Below, piece by piece: positions 23,622 to 32,371 of a stretch of 64,000 bases of DNA. The position numbers and the translations under genes are program-made. Source of the stretch: an uncultured delta proteobacterium (GTDB taxonomy: Bacteria > Myxococcota > UBA727 > VGSZ01); assembly GCA_963775425.1 (NCBI GenBank), contig CAVZJB010000004.1, forward strand, positions 160,001 through 224,000, written 5' to 3'. A model generated the notes under the pieces. That model did not search any database. It was not told the DNA's origin and saw only the letters and a program-made list of their open reading frames with translations. Within the stretch, counting starts at the first letter, position 1. Every line of letters starts with the position of its first letter.

Positions 23622-24382
23622 GTGGCGCTGGTGGAGATCCTGGGACCGCGGGAGATCGAGGCGATGCGCCGCGCCGGCCGCGCCGCCGCCGCCACCCTCG
23701 ACGTCGTCGCCGCGGCGCTGTGCCCGGGCATGACCACCGCGGACATCGACGCCCTCGTGCGCGAGGACACCCGACAGCGCGGGGGCACGCCGAGCCAGCT
23801 CGGCTACCACGGCTTCCCCGCCGCCGTGTGACGAGCCGCAACGACGTCGTCTGCCACGGGATCCCCAGCCGGCGCGAGGCGCTCCGCGACGGCGACATCG
23901 TGAACGTCGACGTCACCACTTGCCTCGACGGCTTCCACGGCGACACCTCGCGCACCTTCATCGTCGGCCCGCCCTCCGCCGCCGCGCCCGCCGCCCGGCG
24001 GCTCGTCGACGTCGCCCGCCGCTGCCGGGACGCGGGGATCGCCGCCGTCCGCCCCGGCGCCCGCCTCGGCGACATCGGCGCTGCCATCGCGGCGCACGCG
24101 GCGGCGGAGGGCGTCAGCGTCGTCACCGACTACGGCGGCCACGGCATCGGCCGCGAGATGCACCTCGAGCCGCACGTGCCGCACACCGCGCGGCGCGGCG
24201 CGGGGCTCCGGCTCGTCGAGGGCATGGCGTTCACCATCGAGCCGATGGTGAACCTCGGCGGCCCCGACGTCCGCCTCTGCGCCGACGGCTGGCGCGTGGT
24301 CACCGCCGACGGTTCGCTGTCGGCGCAATTCGAGCACACCCTCGTCGTCACCGCGGGCGGCTGCGAGCTGCTCACCGGGTGA
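23622..24382 (+). pseudogene. map: Type I methionine aminopeptidase with a 1-bp frameshift at about 23830
   Basis: EIEAMRRAG...GYHGFPAAV* then in another frame TSRNDVVCHGIP, NVDVT, HGDTSRT, GHGIG, FTIEPM, SAQFEHT. Confidence 0.9.
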
Positions 24383-24510
24383 GCGTCGAGCGTCGAGCGT
24401 CGGCGCGGCGCTCGAGCGACGGCTCGCTCGTTGTTCGCGGCGCGCGCGCGCCGTCGGGGCGCCACCGGGATCTGCTTTGCGGCGCGGGGAGGAATGCGGT
24501 CGGATGCCGC

Positions 24511-25584
24511 ATGCGTGCGTCCTCGTGCCTCCTCCTGCTGTTCGTCGCCTCCTCCGCCGCCGCCGCCGACGAGCCACCCGTGTTGCGCGTCGGGGTCGCC
24601 GGCTCCGCGCCGTTCGTCATCCACCGCGACGGGCGGGTGGGCGACGCCGCGCTCTCCGGGCTGTCCGTCGACGTGTGGCGGGCGCTCGCCGAGCGGGCGG
24701 GCGTCCGCTTCGAGATGCACCGCCAGGGCACCGTCTCGGAGGCGCTCGACGCGGTGGCGCAAGGCGGGCTCGACGTCGCGGTGGGCCCGATCAGCATCAC
24801 GTCCGAGCGCCTCGAGCACGTGGACTTCACGCACCCCTACTACGAGTCGAGCCTGGCGATCCTCGCGCCGCGGGTGGCCACCGGTCCGCTCGCCTGGATC
24901 CGGCCGTTTTTCAGCAAGGCGTTCGTGTTCGGGCTCCTCGGACTGCTGACCGTGCTGTTCTTCGTCGGCGTGCTGTTGTGGCTCGCGGAGCGCAAGCAGA
25001 ACGCGTCCCACTTCCCGCACACCCCCGTGCGCGGGATCGGCAACGGCATCTGGGCGGCGCTCGTCACCATGACCACCGTGGGCTACGGCGATCGGGTCCC
25101 GGTGACCCCGGCGGGGCGGGTGATCACCGGAGCGTGGATGTTGGTCGCGATGATCACCGCGTCGTCGCTCACCGCCGGCATCGCGTCGGCCCTGACGCTC
25201 CAGCACCTCGAGCACACCGCCATCGAGAGTGCCGATCAGCTTCGTGCCCGGCGCGTGGCGACGGTGCGGGGCTCGACGGCGGAGGCGTTCGCGGACCAAA
25301 ACGGCGCGCGGGTGGTGAGCGCGACCGAGCTCGGCGGCGCGGTGGCGCGCCTGGCGCAGGGCGACGCCGATGCGGTGGTCTTCGACGAGCCGATGATCCA
25401 GTACTACCTCCGCGAGCACCCCACCGCGCCGTTCGACCGCGCCGAGCGCACCTACGAGCCGCAGGGCTACGGGTTCGCGGTCCCCGTCGGCAGCGGCCTC
25501 GGGCACCGGCTCGACGTCGCGCTCGAGCGCCTGCGCGAGTCGGGTCGGCTCCGGGCGATCGAGAGGCGCTGGCTCGGCGAGTGA
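24511..25584 (+). CDS. GluR0-like ligand-gated K+ channel (split SBP domain plus pore)
   Basis: Signal peptide, ISITSER S1 segment, TMTTVGYGD filter, S2 segment with YGFAV. Confidence 0.9.
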   Translation: MRASSCLLLLFVASSAAAADEPPVLRVGVAGSAPFVIHRDGRVGDAALSGLSVDVWRALAERAGVRFEMHRQGTVSEALDAVAQGGLDVAVGPISITSERLEHVDFTHPYYESSLAILAPRVATGPLAWIRPFFSKAFVFGLLGLLTVLFFVGVLLWLAERKQNASHFPHTPVRGIGNGIWAALVTMTTVGYGDRVPVTPAGRVITGAWMLVAMITASSLTAGIASALTLQHLEHTAIESADQLRARRVATVRGSTAEAFADQNGARVVSATELGGAVARLAQGDADAVVFDEPMIQYYLREHPTAPFDRAERTYEPQGYGFAVPVGSGLGHRLDVALERLRESGRLRAIERRWLGE

Positions 25585-25666
25585 CTCGGCGAGCGAGTCG
25601 GAGGGCGCGGCGCCATCGGACGCGCGTCGCTGCTCGACATCCCGCCGGTTCTGCTACGGTGCTCGC

Positions 25667-26908
25667 GTGGCAGAGAGGGTCGGCCCCTACGAGGTCACCG
25701 AGCTGCTCGCGGCGGGCGGGATGGCCGAGATCTTCCTTGGCAAGAAGCTCGGGCCCGGGGGCTTCGAGAAGCACCTCGTCATCAAGCGCATCACCAAGAA
25801 GCTCATCGGCGACCGCGAGATCGAGGCGATGTTCCTCGACGAGGCGCGCGTGCAGGCGCTCCTCGATCACCCGAACATCGTGCAGATCTACGACTTCGGC
25901 GAGGAGCGGGGCTCGTACTTCATCGCCATGGAGCTCATCCGCGGCGCCACGCTGCGCTGGGTGATCGACAACGCCAACGCCGTGCGCCGGCCCGTCCCGC
26001 TCCAGCACGCGCTGCGCATCGCGGGGGACGTGCTCTCCGGCCTGCACTACGCCCACGAGCGCGCCGAGGACGACGGCACGCCCCTTCGCCTCATCCACCG
26101 GGACATCTCTCCGGTGAACGTCCTCATCTCACGAAGCGGCATCGCCAAGCTGTGCGACTTCGGGGTCGCCAAGAGCGAGATGCAGCGGGTGATGACGCGC
26201 GCGGGCATCGTGAAGGGCAAGTTCCGCTACATGTCTCCCGAGCAGCTCAACGCCGAGCCCCTCGACCGCCGCGCCGACCTGTTCGCCGTGGGCACCGTGC
26301 TGTGGGAGATGCTGGCGGGCCGCCGGCTGTTCGATAGCCAGAGCGAGGACGACGTCGTCACCGCCATCCGCAGCGGCAACTACCCGCCGCCCTCGGACTA
26401 CCGCCCCGGCCTGCCCCGCCCCGTGGACCGCATCCTCCGGCGCGCGCTGCACCCCAACCGCGACCGCCGCTTCCGCAGCGCCCGCGAGTTCCAGCTCGCC
26501 TGTGAGGAGATCATGCGGCTGTTGCCGCAGGCGTCGAACTCGGTGCTCGTCGGCGAATACGTCTCGTCGGAGCTCGACGGCACCGCGGGCCTCGGCGTCC
26601 CCACGCGCAAGCGCCGCTACACCCCGGAGAACGACTCGCTCGTCGCGAGCGGCTTCGAGGCCCTGGACCCGCCCGTCCCGTCGGCGCCGACGTCAATCAG
26701 CGCGCCGCCGTCGGCGGAGATCGAGGACCCCATCGGCATGGTGGCGCCGCCGCCCACGATCCTCGGCCGCATGCTCGGGGCGGCCCTCGTCTTCCCCGCG
26801 GCCGTCTTCGGCGGGTTCGGCAAGGCCATCGAGGGCATCGGCGCGCTGGTGTCGCCGCGCAAGAAGCAGCCCGAGGTGCGCATCTCCCGCACCCAGATGC
26901 GCGATTGA
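25667..26908 (+). CDS. Ser/Thr protein kinase
   Basis: GGMAEIF, VIKRI, HRDISPVN, DFG, YMSPEQ. Confidence 0.95.
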   Translation: MAERVGPYEVTELLAAGGMAEIFLGKKLGPGGFEKHLVIKRITKKLIGDREIEAMFLDEARVQALLDHPNIVQIYDFGEERGSYFIAMELIRGATLRWVIDNANAVRRPVPLQHALRIAGDVLSGLHYAHERAEDDGTPLRLIHRDISPVNVLISRSGIAKLCDFGVAKSEMQRVMTRAGIVKGKFRYMSPEQLNAEPLDRRADLFAVGTVLWEMLAGRRLFDSQSEDDVVTAIRSGNYPPPSDYRPGLPRPVDRILRRALHPNRDRRFRSAREFQLACEEIMRLLPQASNSVLVGEYVSSELDGTAGLGVPTRKRRYTPENDSLVASGFEALDPPVPSAPTSISAPPSAEIEDPIGMVAPPPTILGRMLGAALVFPAAVFGGFGKAIEGIGALVSPRKKQPEVRISRTQMRD

Positions 26909-26952
26909 CCCGCGCGGCCGCACGTTCTTCTCGCCGTGCTACGCTGCGTTCG

Positions 26953-27375
26953 ATGAGCCAGCCCGTCGACGACGACGTCGCCACCGACCTCGTGTCCGAC
27001 TCCGTCACGCAGGGCATCCGCGTCCGCGTCCGGTCGAGCTTCCTGCCCGAGCACAGCGTTCCGCGCGAGCGCCGGTGGGCCTTCAGCTACACCGTCACCA
27101 TCACCAACGAGGGCAGCGAGTCCGCCACGCTGCTCGCGCGGCACTGGGTGATCACCGACGGCGGCGGCGGCGTCGAGCAGGTCAAGGGCCCGGGCGTCGT
27201 CGGCTACCAGCCGCAGCTCGCGGGCGGGCAGAGCTTCACGTACACGTCCGGCGCCATCCTCCGCACGCCGCACGGCATGATGCAGGGCTCGTATCTGATG
27301 GAGCGCGCCGACGGCGCCCGCTTCGACGCGGCCATCGCCCCGTTCGCCCTGGCCACGCCCGAATCCATCCATTGA
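26953..27375 (+). CDS. apaG: ApaG protein
   Basis: RHWVITDG, GPGVVGYQP, YTSG, GMMQGSY. Confidence 0.93.
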   Translation: MSQPVDDDVATDLVSDSVTQGIRVRVRSSFLPEHSVPRERRWAFSYTVTITNEGSESATLLARHWVITDGGGGVEQVKGPGVVGYQPQLAGGQSFTYTSGAILRTPHGMMQGSYLMERADGARFDAAIAPFALATPESIH

Positions 27376-27417
27376 CCGGCGCGGCCGCTTCCTGCGGTCA
27401 CTGAGGCCGCGCCGCGC

Positions 27418-28359
27418 TCACTCGGCGAGGCCGAAGAATTCGAGGGCGGCGCCGACGGCGCACAAGCCGTCGTCCTCGAGGAACGGGCCGGCCTCGCCGC
27501 AGCCGGCGGCGGCGTCGACGGGGAGGGCGTGGCCGACGCCGTCGAGCGTGACCCTGCGAACGGGCCCGAAGTCGTCGATGGTGACGGCGCCCTTGTCGCT
27601 CTCGGCACTCGTGGTGGCGGTGGGCTCGTCGTCGTCGCTCCACTGGAGCACCAGGGCGGCCGCGCTCTTCGGCGTGACGACGGGATCGTCCGTGCCCTGC
27701 ATGATGAGCACCGGGCGCTCGCCGGCGCCGACGTCGAGGCCCGCGGCGGGCGCGCCGGCGTCGTCGAGGAGGGCCCGCCACTGGGCGCGGGTGTGGTCCG
27801 GGGCGCCGGCCATGCACGAGGCGGCGTCGGCGAGGGAGGTGGCGCATCCGTAGGGGCCGCCGGCGAAGGACGCGACGCCGGTGACGACGTCGGGGTAGGC
27901 GGCGGCGAAGGCGACGGCCATGACGGCGCCGGCGGAGAGCCCGGCGACGACGACGGGCAATCCCTCGCGCACCGACGCGGCGGACACCATCTCGCGGATG
28001 GACTCGAGCTCGCCGCGGCCGCGCACGACGTCGTCGGCGAGGAACCAATCGAAGCAGAGCTGGGGGTTGTTCACCGCGGCCTGCTCGGGGGCGACGACGG
28101 CGAGGTCGTTTGGGTCGGCGAGCGCGAGGAGGCCGGAGCGGCGGGCGACGTCGTGGTCCTCGGTGCAGCCGTGGAGCATGACGACGAGGCCCTTGGCTTC
28201 GCCGCCGGGATCCTTCTCGAACATGCGCAGGCCGCCGGGGTTGTCGCCGAAGTCGTGGACCTCGTGCATCGGATCGGCCTGGCAGCCGAGCGCGGCCGTC
28301 GCCGCGGCCACAAGCGCGAGCGCGGCGCGGATCGTGCGCGGGGCGCCCGCGGCGCTCAT
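27418..28359 (-). CDS. PHB depolymerase/LpqC-family esterase (lipoprotein)
   Basis: FGDNPGGLRM, LHGC, CFDWF, GLSAGA nucleophile elbow; LGC lipobox. Confidence 0.88.
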   Translation of the reverse strand: MSAAGAPRTIRAALALVAAATAALGCQADPMHEVHDFGDNPGGLRMFEKDPGGEAKGLVVMLHGCTEDHDVARRSGLLALADPNDLAVVAPEQAAVNNPQLCFDWFLADDVVRGRGELESIREMVSAASVREGLPVVVAGLSAGAVMAVAFAAAYPDVVTGVASFAGGPYGCATSLADAASCMAGAPDHTRAQWRALLDDAGAPAAGLDVGAGERPVLIMQGTDDPVVTPKSAAALVLQWSDDDEPTATTSAESDKGAVTIDDFGPVRRVTLDGVGHALPVDAAAGCGEAGPFLEDDGLCAVGAALEFFGLAE

Positions 28360-29678
28360 GACGTGAACGGGTCCAGGCGCAGGCGCACACCCGCGCCGAA
28401 GAGGATGCCGAGCTCGGGCCACACGCGGGGGGTGCAGAAGAGGTCGACGTCGAAGTTCTCGACGCGGCCGTAGGTCATCGTGAGCGGGATGGTGACGGAC
28501 TGATCGCCGCCCTCGTCGCGCGCGAGGAGGTGGCTGATGCCGGGGGCGCCGGTCTCGACGAAGTTGATGGACAGCTCGCGGACGGGCGTGACGATGGTGC
28601 TGGCGACGCCGAGGCCGGCGGAGACGGCGAGGGAGTCGAGCAGGTCGTAGGTGACGTGGCCGTCGACGGCGACGGCGTGCTCGTCGTCGTTATTGAGGAA
28701 GGAGAGCCGGTAGCGGTAGTGGGCGAAGGCGCCGACGAGGACCTTGTCGCCGAAGGTCTTTTCGTAGCCGACGACGCCCTCGAAGTGAAAGCGCGTGCCG
28801 ACGGCGGACTCGCCGGTGTCGGGGACGATGCGGAAGCCGGCGTCCCAGTGGGCGAGGCCGGCGTCGAGGATGACGGCGCCGCCCGCGGTCTGCGGGGAGC
28901 CGAAGCGCGCGCGCACCATGAGCGATGACGGGTACGGCAGCAGGTCGGTGCGGAGCTCGATGCTGTCGGTGATGCCGAAGCGGATGTCGTCGACGAAGCG
29001 GGTGGGGCCGGTGCCGACGAGGCCGTAGCGCGCGCCGACCATGATTTCGTACGCCTTGAGCGTCGGCTCACGGCGCGTGAGCGGGATGGGATCGCCCACG
29101 CGGTGCTCGGGCTTCACCTCGGCCGTCGCCGTCGCCGCCGCGGCCTTGCCGGCCGCCGCGGCCTCGGCCGGATCATGCGCGGCCGGCGGCGGGGGCGTCG
29201 ACGGCGCGGTGTCCGCCGACGGCGGGGGCGTCGACGGCGCGGTGTCCGCCGACGGCGGGGGCGTCGACGGCGCGGTGTCCGCCGACGGCGGGGGCGGCGG
29301 GGGCGTCGACGGCGCGGCGTCCGCCGACGGCGGGGGCGTCGACGACGCGGTGTCTGTCGGCGGGGCGTTCGTCGACGGGGAGTCCGTCGACGGCGCGGCC
29401 CCTGTCGGCGGGGCGTTCGTCGGCGGGGAGTCCGTCGACGGCGCGGGCGGCTCTTTCGGGGGCGCCTTCGGGCATCCCGCGGGCGGCTGTGGGCACGGCT
29501 CCGTCGCGCACGGCGGCGGCGCGCACGGATCCTTCGGCGCCGCATCGGCAGCGGGGGCGTCGGCGGCGGGGGCGTCGGCGGCGGGCGCGTCGGCGGTGGG
29601 GGCAGGCGCGTCGTCCTGCGCCGACGCGGTCGCGGCCGCGAGGAGCGAGAGCGTCGCGAGGGCGAGGAACGGGCGCAT
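28356..29678 (-). CDS. Secreted protein with a Pro-rich repeat linker and a probable C-terminal beta-barrel
   Basis: Signal peptide, PSADTAPSTPP repeats, alternating aromatic strands, terminal FGAGVRLRL. Confidence 0.7.
   Translation of the reverse strand: MRPFLALATLSLLAAATASAQDDAPAPTADAPAADAPAADAPAADAAPKDPCAPPPCATEPCPQPPAGCPKAPPKEPPAPSTDSPPTNAPPTGAAPSTDSPSTNAPPTDTASSTPPPSADAAPSTPPPPPPSADTAPSTPPPSADTAPSTPPPSADTAPSTPPPPAAHDPAEAAAAGKAAAATATAEVKPEHRVGDPIPLTRREPTLKAYEIMVGARYGLVGTGPTRFVDDIRFGITDSIELRTDLLPYPSSLMVRARFGSPQTAGGAVILDAGLAHWDAGFRIVPDTGESAVGTRFHFEGVVGYEKTFGDKVLVGAFAHYRYRLSFLNNDDEHAVAVDGHVTYDLLDSLAVSAGLGVASTIVTPVRELSINFVETGAPGISHLLARDEGGDQSVTIPLTMTYGRVENFDVDLFCTPRVWPELGILFGAGVRLRLDPFTS
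29188..29445. repeat. 33-bp tandem repeats (Pro-rich linker)
   Basis: ggcgggggcgtcgacggcgcggtgtccgccgac at 29188, 29221 and 29254, plus degenerate copies. Confidence 0.9.
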
Positions 29679-29896
29679 GACGCTCCCTTAGCACGTCGGC
29701 GCAGGCGTCACATGGGCGTCGGGGCCCACCGGCGCGACGAGGCGCGGACCGCCGTGTCGACGGTGCGGCGACGACGGCGCCGGCCGAAGCGTCGACGCGA
29801 AAGAGGCGCCGACCAACAGAGGCGCCGGGATTCGCGGCGGGCGCGTCGTCGTCGTCTGCGACAACGTCGTGCCCGCCGCGAACGTCCCCGCACGAG

Positions 29897-30928
29897 TCAG
29901 CGGCGCGCGGGGGCGCGGGGCTCGCGGTTTTGGAAGTCGAGCATCCAGCCCGGGTACTCCGGCGGGAGCGCGCTCGCCTCGTCGAGGAGCTGGACCTGCT
30001 CCGGCGACAACGTCAGCTCGGTCGCCGCGAGGTTGTCGACGAGCTGCTCCTTGTTCTTGGCCCCGATGATGACGCTCGTGACGAACGGCCGCGTCAGCGT
30101 CCAGGCCAGCGCCACGCGCGCCGGCGACGCCCCCGTCGCCTCCGCGACCTTGCGCAGCGCGGGCAGCACCCTGGCCAGCCGATCCTTGTCGACGGGCGGG
30201 AAGTCGAACGACGCGCGGCGCGCCCCTTCGGGCCCGGCCTTGTCGGCGTCGAACTTGCCCGAGAGCAGCCCGCCCGCGAGCGGGCTCCACGGCAGGATCG
30301 CGAGCTTCTGGTCTTTGGCCAGCGGTGCCAGCTCGCGCTCGACGTCGCGGCCCACCAGCGAATAGTAGAGCTGCGCGCTCTCGAAGCGCGCGAAGCGGTT
30401 GTGCTCCGCATACGCCAGCGCCTTCATCGCGAGCCACGCCGGCAGGTTGCTGAAGCCGACGTAGCGCACCTTGCCGGCGCGCACGACGTCGTCGAGGGCG
30501 CGCACGGTCTCCTCGATGGGGACGTCCGGGTCCACGCCGTGGATCTGGTAGAGGTCGATATGGTCGAGGCCGAGCCGCGACAGGCTCTGATCCACCGCGT
30601 GGAGGATGTGCGCGCGCGACAGCCCGGTCTCGTTCGGCCCGGGGCCCATGCGCCCGCGCACCTTGGTGGCGACGACGACCTGCGCGCGCGGCCGCTTGAG
30701 CGCCTTGAGCGCCGCGCCCGTGAGCTTCTCGGACTCGCCCTCCGCGTAGACGTTGGCGGTGTCGATGAAGTTGACGCCCGCGTCGAGCGCGGTGCCGATG
30801 ACCGCCTCGACCTCCTTGTGGCCGAGGGTGCCCACGACCTGCCAGAAGCCCTTGCCGCCGAAGGTCATGGTGCCGAGGCAGATCTCCGAGACGAACAGAC
30901 CGGTGTTTCCGAGTGTGGAGTAGCGCAT
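29897..30928 (-). CDS. Aldo/keto reductase
   Basis: LGTMTFG, IDTANVY, VATK, IDLYQIH, WSPLAGGLL. Confidence 0.95.
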   Translation of the reverse strand: MRYSTLGNTGLFVSEICLGTMTFGGKGFWQVVGTLGHKEVEAVIGTALDAGVNFIDTANVYAEGESEKLTGAALKALKRPRAQVVVATKVRGRMGPGPNETGLSRAHILHAVDQSLSRLGLDHIDLYQIHGVDPDVPIEETVRALDDVVRAGKVRYVGFSNLPAWLAMKALAYAEHNRFARFESAQLYYSLVGRDVERELAPLAKDQKLAILPWSPLAGGLLSGKFDADKAGPEGARRASFDFPPVDKDRLARVLPALRKVAEATGASPARVALAWTLTRPFVTSVIIGAKNKEQLVDNLAATELTLSPEQVQLLDEASALPPEYPGWMLDFQNREPRAPARR

Positions 30929-31037
30929 GGCCCCTCAGATGCCTCCGGACCGGGCGCGTTGCAAGCGCGTCTTGCCCCGCGCGAACGAGCAGCCGGCAGG
31001 CGGTCTCCGCGCGCGTCGGGCGCTATGCTCGAGCCCG

Positions 31038-31676
31038 ATGAGCACGGCGATCGAGGTGCATGAGGGCAGCGTCACCGACGCCGACGTCGACGTCATCGTC
31101 AACGCGTCGAACACCATCGGCGCGCTCGGCTCCGGCGTCTCCGGGGCCATCCGGGTCGCGTGCGGCCCCGGGTTCCAGGAGGCCATCGAGCGCGCCCTGG
31201 CCGACGCGGGCGGCCCGATGGAGCCCGGCGGCGTCCTCGTCACCGACGCCGGCGCGCACCACCGCGCGCGCCACATGGTCCACGTCGCCGTCATGGACTA
31301 CCGCGACGACGCCCGCCGCGTGCGCCCCGACGCCGAGCGCATCCGCCGCGGCAGCGAGGAGCTGTGGCGCGCCGTCGAGACGCTCCCCGCAGGCGGCGGC
31401 GGCGAGCCCGGCGGCGCGTACTCCGTCGGCATGGTCGCCCTCGGCGCGGGCACGGGCGCCCTCGGCGAGCGCCTGCCCACCGAGATCGCCTGCGAGACGC
31501 TGAGGGAGCACCTGGCGCGGCACCCGTCGTCGCGCATCGGACGCGTGGTCTTCCACGGCTTCACGCTGCCCGAGTACATCAACATCCTCGACGTGGTCTC
31601 GCGCTGGTTCGACGTCGAGGTCCCCGCGGAGCTGCGCGATCACATCGAGCAGATGCGCGGTACCCTCGACGAATGA
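31038..31676 (+). CDS. Macro-domain protein
   Basis: DVIVNASN..LGSGVSGAI, ALGAGTG. Confidence 0.85.
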   Translation: MSTAIEVHEGSVTDADVDVIVNASNTIGALGSGVSGAIRVACGPGFQEAIERALADAGGPMEPGGVLVTDAGAHHRARHMVHVAVMDYRDDARRVRPDAERIRRGSEELWRAVETLPAGGGGEPGGAYSVGMVALGAGTGALGERLPTEIACETLREHLARHPSSRIGRVVFHGFTLPEYINILDVVSRWFDVEVPAELRDHIEQMRGTLDE

Positions 31677-32260
31677 ACGCGCGACTCCTCCTGGTCTGTG
31701 CCGCCGCCGCCCTCGCGACCGCCTGCGACCTCGGCGGCAGCGCCGTCGTCGACAGCGGCTTCGACGAAAACGCCGAGGGCTGGACCGTCATCGGCGACGC
31801 CGCGGCCGTCGAGCCCGAGTACCGCCACGAGGGCGGGAACCCCGGCGGCTTCATCTGCGCCAGCGACGACGCCACGAGCGGCGTGTGGTTCTACAACGCG
31901 CCCGATCGCTACCTCGGCGATCAGTCGGCCGCGCTCGGCACCACCCTGCGCTTCGACCTCACCATCACGTCGCTCGACCAACCCTTCGACGACGTCGACG
32001 TCGCGCTCGACAGCGGCGACGTCACGCTCGTGTTCGACACCGCCGACAACCCCGCCGACGACGGCAGCTTCACGAGCTACTCCGTGCCGCTGTCCGCCCA
32101 CGGCTGGACCGTCGGCGACCTCGAGGGCGACGCCGCCACGGACGACGACCTCCGCGCCGCCCTCGCCGCCGTCGACGCCCTCCGCATCCGCGGGGAGTTC
32201 GACACGGGCCCCGACACGGGCTGCATCGACAACGTCCGCCTCGGCGCCCCCACGAGCTGA
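31673..32260 (+). CDS. Laminin B (domain IV)-like lipoprotein
   Basis: ATAC lipobox; WFYNAPDRYLGDQ, LRIRGEF, IDNVRL. Confidence 0.75.
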   Translation: MNARLLLVCAAAALATACDLGGSAVVDSGFDENAEGWTVIGDAAAVEPEYRHEGGNPGGFICASDDATSGVWFYNAPDRYLGDQSAALGTTLRFDLTITSLDQPFDDVDVALDSGDVTLVFDTADNPADDGSFTSYSVPLSAHGWTVGDLEGDAATDDDLRAALAAVDALRIRGEFDTGPDTGCIDNVRLGAPTS

Positions 32261-32371
32261 GACGCACGGTTGTTCGGACGCTCGTCCGAGGACGCGCCCT
32301 CGGACGATGGGTCGAGTTGCGTTTGCGCCCGATGTCGGGAACAGTTGTGCCACCAAGGAGCACCCTTACTC

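Noticed and set aside
23829-23831. Selenocysteine TGA at a conserved Cys position of map
   Set aside because: Downstream homology continues in a different frame, so this is a 1-bp deletion and not readthrough
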